Shown: positions 9,872-19,083 of the stretch, piece by piece | How the letters are laid out: the number at the start of each line of letters is the position of its first letter | Numbering within the stretch: the stretch's first letter is position 1 | Source: an uncultured Acidobacteriota bacterium | Lineage (GTDB): Bacteria; Acidobacteriota; Thermoanaerobaculia; Gp7-AA8 | Direction of reading: 5' to 3' | DNA: 64,000 nucleotides | NCBI GenBank assembly: GCA_963822445.1 | Contig: CAWGHO010000001.1 | Span: 576,001-640,000 of the forward strand | Made by a program: the position numbers and the translations under genes | The notes under the pieces: model-generated | Told to the model about the DNA's origin: nothing | The model's database searches: none | Seen by the model: the letters and a program-made list of their open reading frames with translations, nothing else

Positions 9872-11104
9872 TTGGCTGACATATTCATCAGTTACGCGCG
9901 CGAGGACCGCGAGCGGGCCCACGAGATCGCGGACGCGCTCGGGGAGCGCGGGTGGTCGGTCTGGTGGGATCCCCAGATGCTCGGGGGAAGCCAGTATCCA
10001 GACGTCATCGAGCGCGAGCTGGGCGCGGCACGCTGCGTCGTGCTCGTGTGGTCGGCTAGCGCAGCGCGCTCGCGCTGGGTCAAGAACGAGGCGCGTCACG
10101 CGGCGGAGCGGGGAGTGCTCATCCCCGTCTTCATCGACGAAACACAGCTACCGATCGCCTTCAACGATCTTCACGCGATCAATCTCTCCGACTGGAGCGC
10201 CGGAACGGCTGCGCCGGAAATGGAGAGCCTGCTGCGGTCGGTCGCGGCGTTGGTCACGCCCTCCGGCGGCTCGCGAATCGCCGCCGCTCCGTCCGTCGCG
10301 GTCGCCGGCTCCAGGCGCTTCCCACGCTCCGGCTACATCGGCATCGCTGCATTCGTCATCGCGTTGATCGTCATCGCCGCCATCACCCTGAAGCCGAAGC
10401 GGTCGCCGGACGTCGTCTCTGTGCCGACCGACACCGTGAAAACGAGCGATCCCGCGCACACGACGCAGCCGCCGCCGGCGACCGATACGACGGTGACACG
10501 CAATCCTCCCGTGACCGATACGGATCGTCCGTCCGACCGCCTGCCCTACGGCGCACGCGCGGTTGGAATCCTGATGTCGGAGGGACGCGCGCGGTGCACC
10601 GCATTCCTGATCAGCGCTGACGTCGCCGTCACGGCCGCCCACTGCGTGAAAGACAAGCCGCGGCCACTGGTCATCCGCCTCGGATACATCGACGAAGACG
10701 CGTCCCCTCGTGATTACGCGGTGGAACGGGTCCTCGTTCAGAACGAGAGCGAGGCGGTACTCAGGCTCAGCGGCACTCCGGGACGAACATTCACTCCCCT
10801 CAGCTATCGGAGCCGGGTCGCCCGCGTCGGAGACGATGCAACACTCCTTCACCACGATGATGGAAAGGCGCTCCGGGTCAGCAAATGCAAAATGGTGGCG
10901 GTTCGCACGGACGAACTTCAATATCGCTGTACGACCCGCGCGGGCGCTTCCGGCGGTCCGCTCCTCGCCGCCAATGGCGCTCTGCTCGGATTTCACTACG
11001 GGTCCGTGAGCCGGGCCGATCCCGATCTGAAGCACGGCGTTCCGACGTCCGTGTTCATCGGCTCGATTCGGCCGTACTGGGCGTTTACGGTCAAGGCCGA
11101 GTGA
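9872..11104 (+). CDS. TIR domain - transmembrane - trypsin-like serine protease
   Basis: DIFISYAREDR...WV..EA TIR; TM GYIGIAAFVIALIVIAAI; TAAHC and GASGGP; TTG start 8 nt after TACAAT. Confidence 0.85.
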   Translation: MADIFISYAREDRERAHEIADALGERGWSVWWDPQMLGGSQYPDVIERELGAARCVVLVWSASAARSRWVKNEARHAAERGVLIPVFIDETQLPIAFNDLHAINLSDWSAGTAAPEMESLLRSVAALVTPSGGSRIAAAPSVAVAGSRRFPRSGYIGIAAFVIALIVIAAITLKPKRSPDVVSVPTDTVKTSDPAHTTQPPPATDTTVTRNPPVTDTDRPSDRLPYGARAVGILMSEGRARCTAFLISADVAVTAAHCVKDKPRPLVIRLGYIDEDASPRDYAVERVLVQNESEAVLRLSGTPGRTFTPLSYRSRVARVGDDATLLHHDDGKALRVSKCKMVAVRTDELQYRCTTRAGASGGPLLAANGALLGFHYGSVSRADPDLKHGVPTSVFIGSIRPYWAFTVKAE

Positions 11105-11136
11105 CTGACATTTTCGTGAGCTGCGCGCGGCCGTAA
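11101..11136 (+). pseudogene. Remnant 5' end of a second TIR-domain gene (VTDIFVSCARP*)
   Basis: GTGA overlap with upstream stop; peptide mirrors LADIFISYAR of the upstream TIR. Confidence 0.55.
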
Positions 11137-11236
11137 CCAACCGCGCCCCTACGGATCACCAAACCGGGACCATCGCGTCACTACCTGCCCGCCGCGAATT
11201 CTTAGATTCCTCCCATTCGGTTCAAAGGAGGAATTC

Positions 11237-12454
11237 ATGAAGAGAACGAAGTGGTTGGCCGGCGCGGCTCTCGCGCTACTCATTACCGCCCCGCTGCACG
11301 CGGATCAGGCGCTCATCCCCCTCGGGCAGTTGATGGGGCGCGCCGAGGCGATCCTGATCGGGCGCGTCACCGAGACGCGGCCCGCCGGGGGCGGCACGTA
11401 TCTGATGACCGTGGCGGTCGAGCAGACCCTCAAAGGCGCACCTCTGGAGAGTGTTCAGATCGTCGCCAGCTCGGAAGATCCCGCGTACATCCCGCCGCTC
11501 TCGGCGGGTGTGCGCATCCTCACCTTCCTGGAGCCGCGCACGCTTCAGCCGGTGGCCGGCCAGCAAGGCGTCCAGGTGCTCGCCAGCGACAACTCGGCGC
11601 GCGTCGCGAGCGGGATCGTGAGCACGGCGCTCGCCAAAGGCATCGCGCTGCAGTTGCGCGACGTCGCGGCGTACCTCGGCTCGCGCGAAAGGCTGCCGAA
11701 GCTCGTCGGACCGCTGCTCGAAGAGCTGTCGACCCACGTGACGGCATCCGCCGACAGCCCGCAACTGGCACAGTTCGCGTGCGACGGCAGCGTGATGCCG
11801 TCCGTCCAACTCTGGGCCATCGGACAGTCGGGACGGCTGCAGATCGCTGCCGCGCGTCCATGCCTGGAATCGCTGGTCGGCGATCCGACGAACCGCGGCA
11901 CGCGCATCGCCGCTGCCAGCGCCCTCGGCGATCTGAAGATGCGCGAGAGCGTGCCGGTCCTGCTGACGCTGATCGCGCCGCTCCCCGGTCATCAGACCGG
12001 CAGCACCACCGGCGACGAAGAGGCGCCGCCCGTGCATCCGGCGAGCGATCCGGAAGACGTGTCGTCGCCGGTTGCCGATCCGGACGAGCGCGGCAGCGGC
12101 GTGGCCATCGACGACGAGCGTCCGGGAACGCCGTCCACGCTTCCCGACGGAGAGGTCGAGCCCGATGGCGTGCCGAGCGACGACGTCCTGAGCCGCCGCG
12201 CCGACGGAGGCCTCTCCGATGCCGCAGTGCTGGCCCTCGGCAAAATCGGAGATCCCGCCGCGGTGGGCGATCTGTTCCGGGTCGCCGGCGAGGGGGATGA
12301 CCTCTCGCTCCACTCCACCGTTGTCGTGGCCCTCGGTCTGATCGGCGGCACGCCGGTCATCGAACCGTTGACCTCCATCAGCAAATCGCATCCGAACGAT
12401 CTCGTTCGCGAGCTGGCCGGCCAGACGCTGGGCCGGCTCCAGACGAAACAGTGA
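11237..12454 (+). CDS. Exported HEAT-repeat protein with acidic low-complexity insert
   Basis: AAAGGAGG RBS; signal peptide; AAASALGDL, AVLALGKIGD, VVALGLIG repeats. Confidence 0.75.
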   Translation: MKRTKWLAGAALALLITAPLHADQALIPLGQLMGRAEAILIGRVTETRPAGGGTYLMTVAVEQTLKGAPLESVQIVASSEDPAYIPPLSAGVRILTFLEPRTLQPVAGQQGVQVLASDNSARVASGIVSTALAKGIALQLRDVAAYLGSRERLPKLVGPLLEELSTHVTASADSPQLAQFACDGSVMPSVQLWAIGQSGRLQIAAARPCLESLVGDPTNRGTRIAAASALGDLKMRESVPVLLTLIAPLPGHQTGSTTGDEEAPPVHPASDPEDVSSPVADPDERGSGVAIDDERPGTPSTLPDGEVEPDGVPSDDVLSRRADGGLSDAAVLALGKIGDPAAVGDLFRVAGEGDDLSLHSTVVVALGLIGGTPVIEPLTSISKSHPNDLVRELAGQTLGRLQTKQ

Positions 12455-12471
12455 GTAAGAAAGAAAGAGCC

Positions 12472-14187
12472 ATGAAGAACATACGATTTCTCGCCACCTC
12501 TTTTCTGATCATCCTGCTGTTCGCGGCCCCCGCGTGGGCGGGACACGTCGCCTGGGTCGACTTCTCCGACTTCGACCTCGACGCCTGGAATTCGGTGAAC
12601 GGCAACAATCCGCCGACGAACGCGGACCTCAGCGCCATCCGGCGACAGATCATCGCCGAGATGAGCGAGGACTACGCGACGTTCGACCTCCGGATCACCA
12701 CCTCGAAGCCCGCCAACGGGCGGTTCACATGGATCAGGATTCTCGATGAAGCCGCCGGCCAGACGCTCGGATGCGCGGGCCTAAGCTGCTGCCAGCAAGG
12801 CTTTTGCACCGGCATCGGCAGTTGGAACCTTGCGACCCAGAGCGCGCTGGAGGTGTACACCGGCACCTTCGCCAACCAGCCGGAGTTCATGAATGCGAAC
12901 GCCACCACCGCCCGCATCTCGAACGGCATCTCGAGCACGGCCAGCCACGAGCTGGGACACATCCTCGGGCTGTTCCACTGCCAGGCCGCCAACGACTCGT
13001 TCGAGGTCGGCTGCGACGAGAACGTCACCCCCATCGTCACCGATGACCTGAATCCGCGGTGGCACATCATGGCCAGCGGCGACTCGTGGGAGCTGACCGT
13101 GGAAGAACGGGCTTCGCGCGACCGCTTCTTCAGTCCTCACTCGGAACGGCGCGTGCTCGCCAGCGCGCTGCAGTTGCGCAATCACTTCGCGCCGCTCGCC
13201 AATCTCGACGAAACCTCGGACAAGCCCAAGGCCGATCTCACCTACGGCCGCCTCGCGGCGCCGACCACCGTGCAGTGGTTCGGGCGGATGTCGAGCGGCA
13301 ACGCATTCGGCAATTTCTCCGAGTGGAGCAGTGACGGCGGTGACGCGGCCGACATCTTCCTCACCGGCGACGTCGACGAAGACGGCCGCGCGGACCTCGT
13401 GTACGGCCGGGTCAAATCCCCGACGCAGGTGATCTGGTACGTCCGGCTCTCGAACGGCAGCGGCTTCGGCAAGTACTCCGTCTGGAGCGCCGACGCCGGC
13501 GACGCGGGGGACGTCTTCCGCCTGGCCGACGTGGACGCCGACGGAAAGGCCGATCTCGTCTATGGGCGAGCCATCAACCCGGGCACGGTGCGCTGGTACG
13601 TGCGCAAGTCGGACGGCAACAGTTTCGGGAGCTATTCGATCTTTGCTTCCGATGCGGGCGACGTCGGCGATCTGTTCTTCGTCGCCAATGTCGACAAAGA
13701 CAAAAAAGCCGATCTCGTTTACGCGCGGGCGATCGGTTCGACGCAGATGCAGTGGTTCGTACGCCGCTCCGACGCCGCCATGTTCGGACCGCTCGAGACC
13801 TGGAGCGAGGATGCGGGCGACCCGGGCGATCTGATGTACGTCGGCGATGCGAACATGGACGGGAAAGCCGACCTCGTGTACGGCCATGTGAGCTCCAGCC
13901 TCAATGTGACCTGGTATTTCCGCGCGTCGGACGGCTCCGCCTTCGGATTCCCGCTGACGTTCGCGAACGATGCCGGCGACGCCGGCGATCTGTTCCGGCT
14001 CGGCGACACCACCGGCGACGGAATGGTCGACCTTATGTATGGCCGCCCGTCCGGCCTGGTCAGTCTCACCGCCACGCCGAACCACGCCGCGGTCCGCTGG
14101 TACGGACGGTCCTCGCTGGCAGGGGCCTTCAGCACGGTTTCGACCTGGGCCAGCGACGCCGGCGACGAGGGGGACTGCTTCCCCTGA
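12472..14187 (+). CDS. Secreted metzincin metalloprotease with FG-GAP/VCBS repeats
   Basis: Signal peptide AWA; HELGHILGLFH and HIMA Met-turn; ~6 repeats DxDxDGKADLVYGR. Confidence 0.82.
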   Translation: MKNIRFLATSFLIILLFAAPAWAGHVAWVDFSDFDLDAWNSVNGNNPPTNADLSAIRRQIIAEMSEDYATFDLRITTSKPANGRFTWIRILDEAAGQTLGCAGLSCCQQGFCTGIGSWNLATQSALEVYTGTFANQPEFMNANATTARISNGISSTASHELGHILGLFHCQAANDSFEVGCDENVTPIVTDDLNPRWHIMASGDSWELTVEERASRDRFFSPHSERRVLASALQLRNHFAPLANLDETSDKPKADLTYGRLAAPTTVQWFGRMSSGNAFGNFSEWSSDGGDAADIFLTGDVDEDGRADLVYGRVKSPTQVIWYVRLSNGSGFGKYSVWSADAGDAGDVFRLADVDADGKADLVYGRAINPGTVRWYVRKSDGNSFGSYSIFASDAGDVGDLFFVANVDKDKKADLVYARAIGSTQMQWFVRRSDAAMFGPLETWSEDAGDPGDLMYVGDANMDGKADLVYGHVSSSLNVTWYFRASDGSAFGFPLTFANDAGDAGDLFRLGDTTGDGMVDLMYGRPSGLVSLTATPNHAAVRWYGRSSLAGAFSTVSTWASDAGDEGDCFP

Positions 14188-14198
14188 TGTGCGCGCTC

Positions 14199-14229
14199 GT
14201 GGCGCAGACGCGAGCGGCGTCTGCGCCAC
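14199..14229. repeat. REP-like hairpin / possible bidirectional terminator
   Basis: GTGGCGCAGACGC-GAGCG-GCGTCTGCGCCAC between convergent genes. Confidence 0.65.
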
Positions 14230-14233
14230 AGCT

Positions 14234-14782
14234 TCATCGTTTCGGTACGTACCGCATCGCCACCGCGCCCGAGCCGAGCTCCAGCCGGCTCACGAGCTTC
14301 AGGTCGATGGGCTTCGATAACCCCGCGAACAACGTCGGCCCATGGCCTGCAACCCTGGGGTGCACGATGAACTCGTACTCATCGATCAACCCCAGCTCCG
14401 CCAACACCAGCGGGAGCGTCACGCCACCGACGAACAGCCCCTTCCCCGGTTCGCGCTTGAGTTGCTGAACGGCCTTCTCCAGATCCCCGCGCACGAGCTC
14501 CGCGTTCCAATCGACATGGTCCAGGGTGCTCGACACGACGTACTTCTTTGCCGCGTCGATCGTGCGGGCGAAGGGCTCCATCCAGTCAGGCCTCGTCCCC
14601 GCCGGCGCCGGCCGCCGAAACGCCGTCTCCATCATTTCGTAGGTCACCCGGCCAAAGAGAAGGGCATCGGCCTGCACGAGGTTTTCGACGGCGTGACGGT
14701 GCAGCTCTTCGTCGGCGAAACTTTCACGATGATCGCAGCAGCCGTCCAGCGTGACGTTGATGGAATAGCGAAGGGGTCGCAT
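14234..14782 (-). CDS. Dihydrofolate reductase-like (RibD C-terminal) family protein
   Basis: SINVTLDG, LLFGRVTYE, KYVVSSTL, GLIDEY, GHGPTLF. Confidence 0.9.
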   Translation of the reverse strand: MRPLRYSINVTLDGCCDHRESFADEELHRHAVENLVQADALLFGRVTYEMMETAFRRPAPAGTRPDWMEPFARTIDAAKKYVVSSTLDHVDWNAELVRGDLEKAVQQLKREPGKGLFVGGVTLPLVLAELGLIDEYEFIVHPRVAGHGPTLFAGLSKPIDLKLVSRLELGSGAVAMRYVPKR

Positions 14783-15139
14783 TGCGCAACGGTAGCGCCG
14801 TAGTGGTGGACGAGCAACGATTGTCCTCCGGGGGGTGATCTCTAAACATGTTGTTCTCGAACGGGGACATGCAGCCGTCGCCACGCGCGAACCAGTTCAG
14901 GTCTAGCCCGATGTTGAAGAATGCCTGTACCGCCTCCGCTCTCAGTATCGACAATGGATCCGCGAAGTGGCGATGCATCCCGCCGGCGAAGCCTCGCCAC
15001 TGTAACGCCTCGCCGCGCAGGAAGCAGGGCGCGTAGAGCCAGAATACACACCGCCGCGGCGAGACCACTTCAAGCGCCGGAGGGGAGCCGCCGAAGGGCG
15101 CTATCGAAGTCCTCGGCTAACGTGCTGCCGTACAACGGA

Positions 15140-18100
15140 TCACTCCTTTTTCACTCGACCAGCTTGCTTTTCTGCTTGGATTCTTGTGATCGCCGCCCGC
15201 ACATCGGCTTCCCATGGGAATGGCTTCTCGTCGACTGGATTGTGAAGCGGGAGGGTCGGAATCGGGACGTTCATCTGCTGAAGCAGTTCAGCAGACTTAC
15301 TGAGTTCATATCGCCAGACGTACGGCTCGCCGTCGGCCCAAGCGCTTCTGTATGCGTCGAGTGCGTGCTTCTCGGCTCGCGCGTGATCGCCGATCGTGCG
15401 CCAAAGCAGCGCGATGTACCGATGCGCTGGATTGCGTTGACCGGACAAACGTTCCACCTCGTGCCGAGCTTCATCGGCGTGACGGAGCTGACCTAGGTGG
15501 AGCTTCGCAAGTGCTAGCCCTGCCTCAGACTGCTCATCCGTAAGCCGCCGTTCCCGCGCCATCCGCACAGCCTCATGGAAGCTGGCGGCCGCGATAGCCC
15601 ACTCGCTTCGCTCCAGTCGCCAAGCTCCGCGCAACGCATGTAGTTCTCGAGTTTCAGTTCGGTTCCTGCCTTCGACGGCCAATCGTTCTGCGGCGGCCAG
15701 ATGGTTTTCCTCTAGGGTTCCCTTCCAGAACTGCAATCGTGAAAACCAAAGCTCGGCCCTTCCCGGACGATAGATAGCACGGAATTTCGGGCGGGACATT
15801 CGCTCCAAGAGGTGCCACGTTGCCTCGCCGTCCGCCCATCGCCCAATCCGGACTTGGTCGGCGAAAAGATCCAGTCGTCCCAAGAAGATATAGTCGTGGT
15901 CCTCCATCGAGGTGGCGACGCCAAGGGCTAGGGAGTCGGTCCGGAAGGCCTTGGCTAGAAGATTCTGATTCGTGAGGGTGAGAGCGAAGTTCCTGAGTCC
16001 AACGGACAACATTCCCCACCGCCCCGCCTCCAGATCCGCCACAATCGCAGCACCGTAAGCGGCGAGGCTGGCGACTAGTTCGCCACAGTAGTGCAACGCG
16101 ACTGCGGCGTCATTCGCCAGCATGGAACCGATGCGCGAATCCAGACCTTTCGGAAGCTCTCCCCACCCGGCGGCGAAAAAGGGCCGAAGCAACGAAAGAC
16201 TCTCCGCATAACCTTCTACGTTCCAGAACAACGCACTCGCAAAAGCACTCCAGCTATTCGACGCCTCTTGCAGCCGCCCCAGCTTGAGGAGCGTACGGAC
16301 AACGTGCAGGCCGTGACCCATGTCTTCCAGTGTTTTGGCGTCTTTATAAGGGCTATAAGACATGGAGGACAAATAATCCACCACACGTTGCCCATAGCGA
16401 TCCTTTTCTTCCGTTTTCATGCCACCCGACGCAACACCCCGGACTACGGGGTGAAGGTCGTGCCGCCGTGTATGGCCGTCGTACTGAAGAAGACCGCGCT
16501 GCTCGAGATCCTTTACCGTGTCCGCTAGCTTGTCAGGCGCAAGATGAACAGCCGCCGACTCACGCCATGCTTGTACGGCCATCTCGTAGGAATGTCGTCG
16601 AGCGAGAGCAGCATCATAATCATCGACAATTCCCTTTTTGCGCTCGTCCGACAAAGATTCCCAGTACGAGTGCTCGTGTGGCAACTGTGGCTCATTTACG
16701 TACTCTGGTTCCGGCGGCATGTGGGGATTGAAGGCCGCAAGCGTCTGATAGTCAGCCGCCTCCGAGAGAAGCGCAAGAGTAGAAAGAAGCTCACGACTTT
16801 TCTCCGGGAGGGCATCCAACGCGGCGCGCAGGATATGGTTACGTCTATGGATGAGGTCGAGGGTGGCGAGGTTCAGCTTCGCGCCACCGTGGGAACCAGG
16901 ATCGGCCAACCAGGCGTCGAAATTTCCTTTGCCTGGCAGGTAATGTGTGATGAGGCCGGCAAGTACGCCGATTAGGAGCGGGTGGTTGTCACAGTTTTGC
17001 GCGACGTAGTCCTGCATGGCGGTAGAGTCGCCCGTGACGCCGCATGAGCGCAGGAGTTGTTCTGCATCCGTCGGCCGCAAACCAGGCAATGCGACACGCT
17101 TTGCACCGGGGATCGCCTGGCCGGAGGGATTCAGCAACGCGCGCGGCGCGAGCCGTGACGTCACAAGTATTTTCGAGGGCCTTGCTCCCGCGAGCGCGCG
17201 AAGCAAGCCGGCATCCTCGTCGCGAATTGTGTCGCACGGGTTGCGGTTGAGCACCTTATCCGTGGGGGCGTTCGCCTGCTCATCCGGCATTTCGGCGGCA
17301 TCCACATGGTGGTAGGCCACCAGCACACGCTCAAGACCATCGAGCACGAGCAGCCAAGGGTGTTCGTGAAGCTTTGCCATGAGATGTCGAGCCAACGCCG
17401 ACATGTTGACCTTCGCAAACTCCTCCAGCCGTGCATCGGTCATGTAGGCCAGCGCGTGGCGGCAGAAGTCCGCCATGTCGGCACCGCGTTCATAGAAGGA
17501 GTACCAGAACCGGCCAGCCCAGTCCGCGCGGACGGTGGTGGCGTGTCGCGTGGTCCATTCCCACGTGAGCATGCTCTTCCCATTGCCACCAATGGCTTCG
17601 TAGAGGAGGAGGTTCGTGGGGTCCGCCGCTCGTGCCCAATCACTGAGATCTTGCAACTGCGTGTCACGGCCGATGAACCTGTGCGAACCAATGTAATCTG
17701 GCTCGGCATAAAGATCAGGGGGCTCGGGGATCGGCCCTCGTTCAACGCCCGCCCGAATGACGGTGGTCGAATCTGACTGTGAAGGGGGACCAGGCAATAA
17801 CGAGCGGAGATACCGCGGAAGGCAGTCATGCGAGTCGCCGACGGAGACGGCGCAAATGTTGACATCGAGCTTGTCAAAGTGCGCTTGAAACTCCGCCACC
17901 TGACTCTGTCGCACCAGGCAGAAGTCCCAGAGTTCGGCCTGCCGGGCGCGCCGTCCGTAACGCTCCAGAAGCAACCCAAAATCAGGGTCGTTCAGTCCGT
18001 TGACACCGCAACCGATGTATACCCACGTCGTCATCTGCCAGACGGCCGCGAGTTCGTCTCGATAACGTTGGTCGCGCGTGATGCTCTCATACGACTGCCA

Positions 18101-18673
18101 ATCCAGGATCACCGACTCGGGTTGTCGCCAGTAGCCGTGGAGGAACATGATCTTGTCTGTTTCACGGTTGCGGGCCGCACGTAGAAATGCGTCGGTGTCC
18201 CTCCACGTCACGGGTTTGAGCGAGGTCGCATCGCCGAGGAGGAGACCGTCATAATTGGTGGTAGCGAGCAAATTTCCGTGCTTTCGAAGCAAGTCACATG
18301 CGTCGAGGACGCTACGGTCGTGAGCCGCGACGGTGCCAATTGTCCGCGCCAGCCAGTCAGCAAAATGTTTCGATTGCGTGCCGCCCAGGTGCCGCGTCAC
18401 GTCTTGCGCAGCGGAGATGAAATGATGAGTGTCCGAGTCACCTTGGAGCAAAATGAGATGCGCGTGCGCTCTGTCCTCAGAGATGAGTTCGCGCGCGCGA
18501 AGCCACTCCAGCCCGCTCTCTAGGAGTCCCGACCACGACGCCTGACGGTGCGATCGCCCTGTTGCCGGATCACGGGAGGCAGCAAGCGAGACGCCGCTAC
18601 CGGCCACTATTACAGCGCGGCCATCACGGATCGCGTCTTGCAATTCGACTTGCGGATTCGCCGGGTGTTTCAT
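15140..18673 (-). CDS. SIR2 - STAND NTPase - TPR protein (Avs/NLR-like putative anti-phage)
   Basis: VAGSGVS, TTNYDGLL, FLHGYW, IGCG..DPDF (SIR2); AIGGNGKS Walker A, LLVLDGLE Walker B, ILVTSR, NHPL; helical C-terminus. Confidence 0.85.
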   Translation of the reverse strand: MKHPANPQVELQDAIRDGRAVIVAGSGVSLAASRDPATGRSHRQASWSGLLESGLEWLRARELISEDRAHAHLILLQGDSDTHHFISAAQDVTRHLGGTQSKHFADWLARTIGTVAAHDRSVLDACDLLRKHGNLLATTNYDGLLLGDATSLKPVTWRDTDAFLRAARNRETDKIMFLHGYWRQPESVILDWQSYESITRDQRYRDELAAVWQMTTWVYIGCGVNGLNDPDFGLLLERYGRRARQAELWDFCLVRQSQVAEFQAHFDKLDVNICAVSVGDSHDCLPRYLRSLLPGPPSQSDSTTVIRAGVERGPIPEPPDLYAEPDYIGSHRFIGRDTQLQDLSDWARAADPTNLLLYEAIGGNGKSMLTWEWTTRHATTVRADWAGRFWYSFYERGADMADFCRHALAYMTDARLEEFAKVNMSALARHLMAKLHEHPWLLVLDGLERVLVAYHHVDAAEMPDEQANAPTDKVLNRNPCDTIRDEDAGLLRALAGARPSKILVTSRLAPRALLNPSGQAIPGAKRVALPGLRPTDAEQLLRSCGVTGDSTAMQDYVAQNCDNHPLLIGVLAGLITHYLPGKGNFDAWLADPGSHGGAKLNLATLDLIHRRNHILRAALDALPEKSRELLSTLALLSEAADYQTLAAFNPHMPPEPEYVNEPQLPHEHSYWESLSDERKKGIVDDYDAALARRHSYEMAVQAWRESAAVHLAPDKLADTVKDLEQRGLLQYDGHTRRHDLHPVVRGVASGGMKTEEKDRYGQRVVDYLSSMSYSPYKDAKTLEDMGHGLHVVRTLLKLGRLQEASNSWSAFASALFWNVEGYAESLSLLRPFFAAGWGELPKGLDSRIGSMLANDAAVALHYCGELVASLAAYGAAIVADLEAGRWGMLSVGLRNFALTLTNQNLLAKAFRTDSLALGVATSMEDHDYIFLGRLDLFADQVRIGRWADGEATWHLLERMSRPKFRAIYRPGRAELWFSRLQFWKGTLEENHLAAAERLAVEGRNRTETRELHALRGAWRLERSEWAIAAASFHEAVRMARERRLTDEQSEAGLALAKLHLGQLRHADEARHEVERLSGQRNPAHRYIALLWRTIGDHARAEKHALDAYRSAWADGEPYVWRYELSKSAELLQQMNVPIPTLPLHNPVDEKPFPWEADVRAAITRIQAEKQAGRVKKE

Positions 18674-18967
18674 CGCTGAATTTTGGAGGTTAAGACAGCA
18701 GAAAACGATCCTGTATTATAGCCGCCGCTAATTCGGTAGGGTACCAGGCGATTTCCCGACCGATTGCCACTCCTACATCTCTCGCAAGCATGCGGCGCGA
18801 TGTAAGTGAGCGCTCCGATAAACGGAGTGTTCTACGCGTCTAACCGAACCGACCTTGTGCGGAGCGTAAAGCTCACAAGCTCTCCCCACCAGATCGGCCA
18901 GCGCTCCAACTAAATGCCCAGTTATGACCTGTCTCGTCCACGCGGCGTCCGAGACGCGATCGCACGG

Positions 18968-19025
18968 GGTTAGACCTCTGCCTGTCACACCGAGCGTCCT
19001 GGGTTCGAGGCCCGTTCGCCCCGCC
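18968..19025 (+). pseudogene. Degenerate tRNA-Asp(GTC) 3' portion, possible att-site remnant
   Basis: GGTTAGA D-loop end, CTGTCAC anticodon loop, GGGTTCGAGGCCC T-arm, CGCCCCGCC acceptor 3' strand; no matching 5' strand; stems mismatched. Confidence 0.7.
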
Positions 19026-19083
19026 GTTAGTGATTCCGCGACCGCGAGTTGGCGGCTTCCTCGATCTGCTCCCCCGCTGCCCG

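Noticed and set aside
14790-15139. Short ORFs between the DHFR-like and SIR2-STAND genes
   Set aside because: No recognisable motif or start signal; may be a gene remnant but cannot be supported
15100-15140. GTTAGCC (minus strand) after the SIR2-STAND stop as an integron attC
   Set aside because: No matching inverse core or attC-length palindrome, and no integrase in the window
18968-19025. Functional tRNA-Asp
   Set aside because: 5' acceptor strand missing; anticodon and T stems mismatched
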